Below, one piece after another: positions 10,333 through 21,600 of a stretch of 30,194 nucleotides of DNA. Every line of letters starts with the position of its first letter. The stretch's first letter is position 1. The notes below the pieces were generated by a model, which had not been told where the DNA came from, did not search any database, and worked only from the letters and a program-made list of their open reading frames with translations. The DNA comes from Saprolegnia diclina VS20. Lineage: Eukaryota. Made by a program: the position numbers and the translations under genes. Location of the stretch: positions 446,986 to 477,179 of the forward strand of contig NW_008246081.1 in NCBI RefSeq assembly GCF_000281045.1. Reading direction: 5' to 3'.

Positions 10333-13183
10333 ATGAAGCGACGACCGCCGCCCAAGTCGGAGCAGGCCAAGCGTGCGTTCTTGCGCCGACTGGGCTCTGA
10401 AATAACCAAAGAGTCGAATGTCGTCCAGGATGCGTGGAGTCCCGGCCACAACTTTTACTCGACCACCGAAGTCCGCAGCTGGGGCAGCGGCAGCCACGGC
10501 CAGCTTGGGCTCGGCGACGACCGCCACCGTCTCGCACCCGAGATCGTCCTCGAGCTCTACCGCATCTCGACGGACCACCGCAAGCTTCAGGTACTATCGT
10601 CTACGAATTGCATGTGTTCACAACCGTTTGTAGCTGAGCTGCAGCGAGCTTTTCACGGTTGCTGTCAACGACGAGGGCCACGTGTACCTCTGGGGCCGTC
10701 CGCCGACCGACTCGACGCTGCCGACGACCGCCAAGGTCCCCGAGCGGGTGCCGGGTCTGGACAGCATAGCGATTCAGAGCGTCGCTTCGGGTTCGGGGCA
10801 CATTGTCCTCCTCTCGGCCACTGGCGCCGTCTACACGTGGGGCAAAGGCGGAAGCGGGCGTCTCGGCCACGGCGACGAGCACAGGTACGACGCCAAGAGC
10901 CCATCATGTTGCTGACGACGGTGTAGCGTCACCGTCCCCAAGCACGTCCAGCACATGCCCACGACAGCCGCCATTCAGTGCGTGGAGGAGCGAACGTAGG
11001 TGCCTAACAAGCCTTGTAGCCAAGTCGCTTGCGGCGCAGAACACACGCTTGTACTGGACGCCACGGGGCGCGCGTTTGGCTTTGGCAGCAACCGCGCCGG
11101 CCAGCTGGGCACAGGCTCCTATTGCAATAGCAACGAACCGGCGCTCGTGGCCAGCGCCGTGCGCTTTGCCTCGATCGTTTGCGGCATGAACCACTCGGGC
11201 GCCGTGAGCCTCGACCACGCCGTGTATACGTGGGGCTGGGGCGAGAAAGGGCGCTTGGGCCTCGGCTCGGACGCGTCTGCACATACGTACGTCGTCTTCT
11301 ACTCTTGTCGACTAGAACAAGAGTAGACCAACGCGCATCGAGACCTTGCGCGATGTCAAGCTGCTCAGCTTTGGCGGGGCACACTCGCTTGCCCTTACAC
11401 ACAGCCGCAAGGTACCGTGTTGGATCAACATCGTTGGCTTTCGATTCAACAGGTGTATGCGTGGGGCTGGGGGGCGTTTGGCCAGGTATGGTCCCCCCTC
11501 ATTGACGGCTCACAGCAGAATGGGTAGCTCGGCCTCGGCCACTGCAGCGACTCGAGCGTCCCCAAGCGTATCAAGAGCCTCGACGACATCGAGCAGATTG
11601 CATGCGGTTTTGGTCACTCGGCCGCCGTCTCGTTCGGCGGACGTCTCTATCTGTGGGGTTTTGGCGAGGAAGGGCAGCTCGGCACGGGCGACGAAGGCAA
11701 CCGCGATGTGCCGCAGCTTGTCTGGACACACAAAAGCGGCACCGCCACGGACCCGCCCAAGGTCCTCCAGATCGCTCTTGGGAAAGTGCACTCGATCGGG
11801 ATCGCCGAGCTGAGCATGAGCGCGTCCCAGCGGGCCAAGCTCAATCCAGACACGATCCGCACCGCAGCCAAGCGCATCCAGCGCACCGTGCGGCACTTTT
11901 TACGCCGCACGCGGGTACGCTTGGCGTTGGTATGTCACCATGACAGCCCCACCTCGGTAGGTGCGCCGCCGACACGCCGCGTATGCGCTGGAGCGACAGA
12001 CGCAGTACGAGCGAGAGCGCACCGAGGCGAGCCGACAGCTTCTCGCCGAAGAAGAAGCACGGCGCAAGCGCGACGAGCAAGTCAAGTGCGACGCCTTGCA
12101 AGCCGTTGCCGTCGCCAAGCGCGAGCGCAAGCTGTTAGAAGTACTATGGACACGACAACCTTTGTCTCACGGCGCGGTCGATCGGTAGGCCCGGCTCACG
12201 GTGGCCACGCGGCTGCAGGCGGTGGTGCGAGGCACCCGTGCGCGGGCCAAATGTGCTGCGCTGCGAGCGCGCGCCCGGGCCGCTATGCTGGAAGCCCGCG
12301 CTGTCGAAGCTGCCGCCACCCGCGCCTGCTTCTGCGCCGACGCACTGGCTGCCTACACGGAGCAAACCGTCGCGTACCTCTCCACCGAGCTCGTCAAGCG
12401 GATACACGTCGAAGCGTTCGCTGCCATTGACGCCAGCGTGCAGCTCTCGTGGATCACAGCGGCCAACGACGCTGCCTCAGAAGCTTCGGCGCTGGCAGCG
12501 CGTGAGGCCGAGGCAGCAGCCAAGGCTGCCCGGCTCGAGAGCGAGAAGCGCGACCGCGAGACTCGGCGCCTCGAAGCCGCAGCGGCCGCCGAGGCTGCGC
12601 ACCGCCAGCGCCGCGACAAGGAGATCGCGGACGCCAAAGCCAAAGCCAAAGCCAAAACCAAGGTCGTCGACGCGGTGGTCGCACCGAGGAAGGACAAGCG
12701 ACGGCTCAACGAAGCCCAGCTCCGCAAGGTGGCCGCGGCGCTCAACGCGAGCCGCGAAGACCGGGACAAGACTCGACAGGAGCTCATCGAGCAGAAGCGA
12801 CTACTGGACGTTCAAGAGCACGAGAAGGCTCTGCTGGCGGCCAAAGCGGACGCGGAGAAGCGGGAGCGGCTCTTCCGAAAAAGCTTGACCCATGCGCCGT
12901 ACGTCCGCGGCAGCTTGAGCTCGAGCGTCCGCGCCTTGCACATTGCCGAGACGTACCGAGGTAGATTCCTCTGTCCCCACTTGTTACGACTCGAGTCCTA
13001 GTCCTCCCCGGGGACATCAAGCCCCACTACGTGCTCGACGAGAGCGTGATGGACCCCGCGACGAGTCTGCCAACTGAGGATGGCAGCCGGAGCACGTCCA
13101 AGTACCGCATCTTCCGTGACATCCGCCGACCGTCCATCCATGGCCTCAAGAGCCCTCGGGACGAGCCCAACCAGCGCAGCTAA
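10333..13183 (+). CDS. RCC1-repeat beta-propeller protein with IQ motifs and a C-terminal coiled coil, multi-exon
   Basis: Repeated RCC1 blades (SWGSGSHGQLGLG, VASGSGHIVLL..VYTWGKGGSGRLGHG, VACGAEHTLVL..FGFGSNRAGQLGTG, IVCGMNHS..VYTWGWGEKGRLGLG, IACGFGHSAAV..LWGFGEEGQLGTG), IQ-like AAKRIQRTVRHFL and ATRLQAVVRGTRAR, and an A/E/K/R-rich helical tail. The last exon ends in TAA at 13181-13183. Confidence 0.88.
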
Positions 13184-13229
13184 GACACTCACACGTACAA
13201 AAATCACGGATACGTAATCGTAGAAGTTG

Positions 13230-15751
13230 CTACGTCGAGTTGGTGTCGTTGAGGCGCTCCGACTCTTTGCGGTACTTGCGCAGGAGGTACGAGAGCTGCG
13301 TCGACGTCGGGCGCTTCTTGGGGTCCGTCTCAAGGCACGCGACGGCGATCGCGACAATCTCTTTCGGGCAGTCCTTGGTGAAGCTCGGCTTGAGCGTGCC
13401 TTGCACGACGCCGGCCATGATCGCATGGTCTTGGAGCTTGGAGCCGTTGGTGTGCGTCGCGTCAAAGTACGGCACGTTGCACGTGTCCATCTCCGAGAGG
13501 ACGCAGCCAAACGAGTAAATGTCGACGGCTTCGTCGTAGTGGGCGCCTTGGATCACCTCCGGGGCCATCCAGCGACACGTGCCGACGCCCGCCGTCATGG
13601 TGTCTTCGAGGTTGCGGTTGCGCGAGATACCAAAGTCCGAGAGCTTGGCCCCGTTCTCCGCATCAATGAGGATGTTGCGCGACTAGATCGAAACTGTGAG
13701 ATGCGAATATACCAGATACCAGATTCTAGAGTCTGGATGAATGGACCTTGAGATCGCGGTGGATAAACTTGGGGTTGAGCGAGTGCAGGTACACGAGGGC
13801 GTCGGCGACGTCGATCGCGAGGTGGAGTTTGATGTTGGCCCACGTGAGCACCGTGCCGTTCGCATCGTTCTTGGTGCTGCTGCGGTCGAGGAGCGACTTG
13901 AGGTCGCCGCAGTTCATGTACTCGCAGATCGCTTGGATCGAGAGCGCGTTGGACCACGCAGCGCCAATGAACTCGACGATCTTTGGGTGGTTGAGGCGCG
14001 TCATCATCTTGATTTCCATTGCAAAGTTCATGGCGTCGTCCCACGTCCGCTTCTCGGGCAAAAGGCGCTTGATGGCCACGGGCCGGCCGAGGTAGATGCC
14101 GCTCCAGACTTCGCCAAACCCACCGCGGGAGATCAGCTGGATCTCCTGCACTTCCTGGTAGTCGATGCGCACGGCGAGGAGCTCCGGGTCGCTCAAGAGG
14201 CCGAGCGACGTCGTGTCGCGGTAGTGCGAGTCGGCCGAGACGTAATGGTTGGACGTGCCGCCGGTGCCGTCCGTGCCGAGCGACGTGCGGCGGCCGTTCT
14301 TCCCTTTCGCGCCTGCCTGGCGACGGTGCCGAAAGAAGCAGAAGACACCGAGAGCAACAATGACCACCGACCCGAGTGCGATCAAGACAATGGCCACCGA
14401 GCCTAGAGAGGTGTCCGTGGGTTCGCTGGTCATGCAGGACGACGAAAACATACTCATGGACGAATTGGCGTCGGCTGACTCGACGCCCTTGAAGCAAAAC
14501 TGGGCGCTCGTCAAGGCCTTGAGCCGGTCGGGGGCGACGCCCGACCCTGCCGGACACGTCGTGACGGTGAAGTCGGCGCTGAATGTTTTGAGCTTGCGGA
14601 GCTGCGTGGTCTGCGTGTCGTCGAGGACGACATTGGAGAGCGCGTTGCCCTGGAGCCACCTAATTTGGTCGGATGAGGCGCCATGCCCATGGCAGTCGAA
14701 GCGGGTTACAGCTCTTGAAGGCCCGTCACGCTCAAGGCGGTGTACGGGAAGCTCGTGAGCTTGTTACGCGAGAGGTCCCTAGCCCAGAGTATGTGAGTGC
14801 GCTGTTGTGCTGATGCATCAGGCGTGGCGTACAGAATCTGGACAGTCGGGGGCACCTCGGGCATCGACGTGAGCGCGTTGCCGGCCAGGAGGAGCTGGCG
14901 CACTTTTGTGATGGAGTCGACCGGGACCGACGCCAAGTTGTTGTCCGTCATGTTGCTAAGCACAGGTGAGCTGCGGGAAAGGTTGCATGCATCTTGACGT
15001 ACAGCACGGCGAGTGACGGCATGGCCTTGACGTCGAGCGGCAGCGACGTCAAACCCGCATTGACGAGGGACCTAGGACGCGTGTCATGAGACGCGCCGCG
15101 ACAAATCATGCTTGTACAGTTGCTCGAGGCTGTTGGGCAGAAGACCCGTGACGCCCGGCGCGAGCGTGCCCGAGAGGTTCATGTTGACAAAGTACCTACC
15201 AAGCCGACCTCACATGAGAATAGATTGCCGCACGTAGGCGTCGTACAGGCGCGTGAGGTGCGTGGCCGTGCCAAAGAGGCCTGGCGGGTACGTGATCGTG
15301 CGCATCGCGCCTTTCGGCGATGTAAACCCGTTGCCCGTGAGCTGGCTACACATCCATGAGCGCAATCCAGCGAGTGGGACGTGTCGTACAAGGACTGCAC
15401 GCTGGCAAACTCGTCCGAGCCAAGCGACCCGAGCTCGTCGATCGGCGCGCCGGCAAAGGTGGCATCGGTGCTAATCGTGAAGTCGGCGACCGAAAAGTGC
15501 CAGAACAGCTTGTCGTCCTTGCTGCGCGAGTGCAGGTTCGGGCACGTGTACGTGAGCACGCACTCGGTGGCGCCTTGCAGCGGGAACTCGTCGCCCGTCG
15601 TGCAGTTGCCCGACTGCGTCGATGGCAGCGCCTGGCAGAGGCTCTTGGTCTTGAAGAGCACGCAGGCGCCGGACGGCTGGTTCTTGCAGGCGCCGGGGCA
15701 CTGGCTGCCGGCCACGAGGACCGTCGTCTTGAGCGCACACGCCGACGACAT
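13230..15751 (-). CDS. LRR-transmembrane tyrosine-kinase-like (TKL) receptor kinase, multi-exon
   Basis: Cys-rich N-terminus, short LRR exons (NNLASVP, LLLAGNALTSMP, DLSRNKLTSFP, LHGNALSNV), TM VAIVLIALGSVVIVALGVFCFF followed by RHRR, and kinase motifs ISRGGFGEVW, VAIK, HRDLK|SRNILI, KLSDFG, GVGTCRWMAPEVI, DIYSFG. The exact 5' start is less certain. Confidence 0.9.
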
Positions 15752-16745
15752 GCTGCGGAAGCGAATGCGAAAATGCAGCTGGCAGCGAGCACGTTCGACG
15801 GGTGTACGGGATTGGATGATGTACGTACGTTGTACGACTGCAATGTACGGCGCAACCCCCTGCAACCACGTGACCCGCTCCTGCTAGTACATTTCGAGCT
15901 GGTCGTCATTGTGCTGGATTGCGAGCCGGCGAGACGGAAGGACTGCAGCTCCAGCGACAGCTGCAAGGAGCATCGAGCGCGAGCCGTACGTTCGTACATT
16001 GGAGTGTACGGTACGGGATGCGATGGAAACACAAAAACCTGCGACACACCATGGCAAGCAAATCGACTAGAAAAGATACTAAAGAACTCGAATCCAAGGA
16101 CAATATTGGTTGACAGATTCGTAGGACTTTAGCAGTGGATCGAGATCGAAGAGTCTAGCCTTGGATAGTGATGAACGCACATATCCTTGGGCCAGGGTGC
16201 GTCGACCACCCACTGGTTTTGGTCGAACGGGCGAGCTTTGGCTACTCGAAACTCGGATCATTCGCACCTGGTGGCAGTGTCGTGTGCTTACGACAGAATC
16301 CGGCGTCGTCAAATGTGGTCGACGCGCCGCGGGATCTGCTGCGTGCTCGATGGCTCCATGCTGCGCCGGATTACCTGGTAGAGTGAAGAGCTGTCTCTAC
16401 CTTGCAGAGAAAGCCTCTCGCGAGTCGATTGTAGTCGAGATGTTTTGCGGCACAAGTCATCTCTGCGCATTTCGACAGAAACGAACTAGTAGGTCCAGCG
16501 TTTGTGGTCGATATACCAACGACACGACGTTGGTTGGGATGTTTGGGATGCATTCGACTAACTAAAATAACATTTTGGCAGCTCGCGCATGGCTTGACAA
16601 CGACGCGTCAGCCTTCCGCCGAAAATTAGCATCCAAATACTATTGCGCCAAATATCCACAAGCGTGTCAGCCCATTACACCGCTCATTCGAAAATGATAG
16701 AACTATGATCATCGGGGGACTACCTCGTAGGATGTGGGTGGAATA

Positions 16746-16834
16746 GAGACCAGGCATTGGCTATAATTCGGAAATGGAGACCAGGCATTGGTCGAATAGT
16801 GGTTAAAGGGCACAGACCGGAGACCAGGCATTGG
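16746..16834 (+). repeat. Cluster 1: three exact direct copies of the 15-mer GAGACCAGGCATTGG
   Basis: Copies at 16746-16760, 16777-16791 and 16820-16834, with unique spacers of 16 and 28 nt. Confidence 0.92.
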
Positions 16835-17403
16835 TCAAAATTGAAATAATTCAACGTGACACTCGAAGTTTGAAGCCAGGATCTTCGCTTCTTCGACATG
16901 AACCCGCCGAGCGTTGCGGCGGTTGAATCGGCAGTTGCAAACGATGGACTCCCGCAGCTCGGCGGCGAGCGGCCGACGATGCACGCGCGCGTGTGCGACC
17001 TCACTCGCTGGCCATGCTTGTCTGTCGTAGTGTGCTGTCCAAGCCACGCGCGCTCCTGTTGCACGGCGGCCAAGCGAGCGCAACGAGTGGCGTCGTACGA
17101 GACGACGTTTCCGTCACCAAGCTCGATGCGCTACCACGTCTTGGTGACCACTACGCGACTATGACTCTCGACGACAGCTTGGAGCGCCATTGGCAGCGCG
17201 CGATCCCGAGACCTCGAGACCTGGCAACTCTGCGCGGTGCCACACCATACACGAACCGGTACATTGCAGTCACATCTCATACATTGCTGGATGTAGCGTA
17301 GCAGTGGCTAATCTCGATCGATATTATCTTATGCTAGTGATGTCTTTGACGAAGGCAGCACCATGCATGTTGCTTGCGCGTCATCGATTGATCTGCGTCA
17401 AAG

Positions 17404-17476
17404 GAGACCAGGCATTGGCTGCTCGATATTTAGAGAATAGGCATTGGCTTTTCCATATTTCGAGACCAGGCATTGG
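17404..17476 (+). repeat. Cluster 2: three direct copies of GAGACCAGGCATTGG (middle copy degenerate), 29-nt period
   Basis: Exact copies at 17404-17418 and 17462-17476; GAGAATAGGCATTGG at 17433-17447. All three are followed by CT, and the last two are preceded by ATATTT(A/C). Confidence 0.9.
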
Positions 17477-17512
17477 CTGATTGCCAAAAAGAGCTGCCCA
17501 AGGTGGGCGGGT

Positions 17513-17567
17513 ATACAAATTGCAAGTCATGCCTTTTGGAGTCAAAAGGTACACTTGAATTTTGTAT
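17513..17567. repeat. Imperfect inverted repeat (about 25-bp arms, 4-nt loop)
   Basis: Left arm ATACAAATTGCAAGTCATGCCTTTTG, loop GAGT, right arm CAAAAGGTACACTTGAATTTTGTAT (reverse complement ATACAAAATTCAAGTGTACCTTTTG). Confidence 0.75.
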
Positions 17568-18610
17568 GTGCGATGAAATGGAGCTTGAATCGCGATGGTG
17601 CCACTGCCAGTGGGACGCCCGCGACAACGAAGCGGCCATTGATCGCGCCGTTCGAGCGTCGAACTTCCCTCTTCCTTTTTCTTCTCCTCTTCGATTTTAA
17701 AAGGCACAAAGTGTTATCTCCCCACATCCTAAAGGGTACTCGCCGATCATCGCACAGCAAGATCCGCAGTCGTAGCGATACAAGCAAACGACATTTGGCA
17801 CCATTGACAGGATGAATACACGCAAAGCTCTGTGATTGCCGCCTAAGCGAGGTCGTAGGCAGCGTCCTTGCACTGTGGAAGCTACTACCTAGTTGAAGAA
17901 GGCGATTTCTTCATTCCACCAAGGTTGTCGAAGCGACCAAGGTCGAGTTGGGTGTTTTTAGCGTCTGCATCTGACAAGCTATGCGATGGCTCTTTTCGCA
18001 CGCACGTTGAATGAACCGTTTCGCCAAGATCGCAAGCCGACAACGATGGACGACGCTGCTTGGGGGAGATGGGAGATGATGCTTCTGCATGGAGACAACG
18101 ATGGGCCTCCGCCATGAGCCTACGCGAGACAGGCGATGGACGCGTCCCCTCCGCGACCCTCGTGATCGGCCATGCTGCATGCGCCAGTAGAGCACCGGTA
18201 AAACGACCGCCCTCATGACCTGCCAAACGACGGTGAGGACCACGTGTAGGTGGAGAAAGCCGACTCATGTCGATGCTAGCAGTCGAATGAAGTGCATGGC
18301 GTCGCCAGGTCGCTCCTCGTCGCTATGTCAAGCTTTTGTCGCTCGGCAGAAGCTTCCCACGAGACGAGCAAGAACCAGGGCGCAAGAAACGAAGCTACCA
18401 GCTTGTCGTGCACCATCCAGCAAATTCGAGAGGCCGTGCGCCCAACGAGCAATCTCGCTGGCTCGAGTCCCTTGCCTTGTCCCAGCTCAACGATACGAGT
18501 CCACCAGCGTTCGGACCATTCTGCGCGACCTGTCCCGCCATGTTCTCAACGGTCGCTTCTCGCGCGAGCTTCTCTCGACGCCATTGTGCCATTGTCCCTC
18601 GACTACGAAA

Positions 18611-21600
18611 ATGGCGTCGCGCATGACTGTCGCGACGAGCTACGAGAGCTTGTCCTGCTACCACCTCTTGCGCATGGCCGTCGAAGACGACGCCGGGGCG
18701 GTCGTGTTCCAGCCAACGCTCGTCGAGTCGGAGCTCCTCCGCCTTCTCGGCGCGCTGCATGTGGTCGATGGCGCCAAGAAGATGCCAGTGGAAGAGCAGC
18801 TCGGGCGCTTTGTTGACGCTAGCGACGCCGATCGGAGCATTGACGTGGTGGCCTGCTTCGGGAAGCAAGCCGCGGTCCAAGTCGAGCTCCGCCAGCGCGG
18901 GTGGTGGCTCACGAAACTCGAACACTATTTGCACGCGGACGACGAGGGCGTGTTCGTAATTGTGCTCCCCGATGCCCGGCCCAAGGTCGTGCTCTTTACG
19001 TGGCTGCTGGACAGCGCCTTTGCGCCCGAGTACTTGCGCGAGCGGGCGACATACGCGCTGCGCTTTGTGACGACGCTGACGTCGACGGTGCTGTGCTGCC
19101 TCACGGACGCCGACTGGACTGCGCTTGAATTGGCGGCGGCGGACGAGACGAACGACATTGGCTCGAGCTGGATGAAGTACTCGGTCGAGTTTTCGATTGC
19201 AGAGGCGGCAGTGCAAGACGAGATCGTGACGTGCGTTGCGCTGCCGACAACGACGCAACTGCCGCAAGGCCTTGTACTCGTGTCGTCGACGGGTCCGACA
19301 GCCGTGACATTCCGCGTGGCATCGGAGACCAGCATCACCACCAAGAAGGGTGTCGTGGGGCTGACGCCACCCACAGCCTTTGCGAAGTGGCTGGTCGATG
19401 CTGCGACAACGCACCGCCTTGAGCTGAAAGTGGGTCTCCCGAAGCCGTGTATGAAGGCGGCGCTAACAGCGTGGTGCGCGTGGCCAACGTGGGCACTGGA
19501 CCGCGTGACGATTGCGGGCGTCCGCAACGACATGCGCCCCGACGTGACGACGAGGGTCGAGTGGGAACTGCACGACTTCCTCGCGCGTTTCTCCCACAAT
19601 GCGAAGGTGCTTTGTTACATGGCACCCGAGCCGCGCTCGGCAGTTGCAGAGGAGCGAGCTCACGCCGAGATGATGGCCGACTTGACGAGCCTCTCAAACC
19701 AACTCGCTGGAGAGTTGCCAATTCCAGCGGACCTCTCGTCACTTCCTGCCCATGTCAAAACCATGATCAACGCGGAAGGAGAGGCGATGTGGCGCGCGAC
19801 CCCACGATCGGCTGGCATCAAGTCGTATGCCGACGCTACCAAGTCCCCAAGCCAGAGTTGGCTGGTCGCCGACCACTTTGAGCCGTTTTCGTTTCCGTTT
19901 GTGGGCAAGAGTCCCGCCGCCATGGACCTCATTGTGCCCCGTATCCTTGCAGACCTGAAGGCGTACTACGACAACTGGTTATCTGCGCTGCAAGAGTTTT
20001 TGTTCGAGCCAAAAGTCGCAAGTGCCATGGTCGAGCACGCGCTTTTGCAGGCGGACACGACTGCGACGCTCTGCTGCGCCCGAGATGCTCTCATCTACGA
20101 AGCCTTTGTCGCGGCTATTGACACGCGCAACCGTCTGCACGCGGCAACGGCGCTGACGACGACGCTCGCCAAAGGCGCCGACGCGGAGCACTTGAGTGTT
20201 GCGCAGCAGCATATTGGCGACGGTGGCCAAACGCTGTACCTTACGCACCAAGACGGACGCGCGCTCGCCCAGCTGCACTTGCCATTGCACGTCCGCATCT
20301 TGCTCGTCACGGTCGTTGACGCCGTTCTTGTCGTCGTCTACACGGACGACACCAAGACGACAGTGCGCTCGTACACGCTGCATGGGCCACGCTCGCTCAA
20401 GAAGCACGTGTCGAAGCCGTTTCCGCATGTGGTCGAGCGCTGCGACTTTGACCCGACGCAACGCACACTGGCGCTTTTTCACAGCGACACCTTTGTCGAC
20501 CTGCTGACGTTTACCCCGACATTCACGAAGCTCCTTGGGCGCTCGCAGCGCGTGGATCTGCGCGTGCTGCGTCCGTTGCCTCCGTTTCGAGACGTTTTGA
20601 TGTTTGGCGGCGACCAGCCTGGTCTCTTGTGCGTGGGCGACGATGGCAGCGCGCAGTCGTACGTGCGGCAGACGCGGCAGCTGTCCAAGCACGTACCCAA
20701 GTTTGTCGCCACACCGACGACCAAGGTGGTCAAGTTCAAGGACGGCGCGTTCATCGTGCGCCTCATGCCGCTGACCGACCAGTCCCTTCGCGTGCAAACG
20801 ATGACCACGCACACCCTCGCGCCGCTGCCCGAGACGACGGTTGCGCTACCGTGTCTCCTCGACTGGAAAGCTACCGAAGCGCGCGCCTATGCCGACACGA
20901 TCCTGCTCCTGGACCCGACGACGGGCGCTGTGGTGGAGCTCCAGCTGACGGTGGTCTCTGGTCAACTCGCTTGGGAGCTGCAGTGCGCACAGCAAGCGGC
21001 GCCAGCCAATTTGAACGAGTCGTCGCTGCTCTGGGCTGTCTTCCACGTGTTTGAGAAGTTTCCCGTGCGCGCCATGATGGACGAGACGTCGAGCCGCCCG
21101 GCGCTGCAGCTGCGAGCCCACGCGTCGTCGCCGGCGCGTCGCGAAGTGTTTTTAACGACGTTGGACGCGGTCATGACCAAGCTCGGAAGCCTCCAAAAAG
21201 ACTTGACGCCGCTGGCGCTGGCCAAGGACGCAATCGTGGACGCGTCGCTACTGGTGTGGCCGACAATGGCGCTTGCACCGTGGATCCTCGAGCTCGTGGG
21301 CTTTGTGCCCGTGCCCATTTGTCGCGCGCAGGACAACCAGCTCCTTTTGCTGCGCGACGGCGTCACCATGGCGTTTCGCGACGGGTCGGAAGCGCACACG
21401 CTGGCGCCGCAGATTGGCTTTGGTGCTGCGAGCCACGTTCTCCGAGCGTGGAGTGGCCCTGTCGTCGTACTCACGTCGATGGGGAAGCAGTCGACTGGCA
21501 AGTCCTACTTTTTGAACCACCTCACGGGCAGCTCGTTTGCGATTTCCGGCGCGCGCTGCACGGACGGTGTGTGGCTCACGCTGCGTCAATTGGGTCGGTG

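Noticed and set aside
12635..12662. Short GCCAAA tandem repeat
   Set aside because: It simply encodes AKAKAKAK within the coiled-coil tail of the RCC1 protein.
16746..17476. CRISPR array interpretation of the repeat-spacer pattern
   Set aside because: Repeats are only 15 nt, spacers are short and unequal (14-28 nt), there are no cas genes, and the context is clearly eukaryotic.
18215..18610. N-terminal 132-aa extension of the 2037-aa ORF
   Set aside because: The sequence is not protein-like (R/S/C/P-rich) and has weak codon bias. ATG 18611 in an AAAATGG context is the more plausible start.
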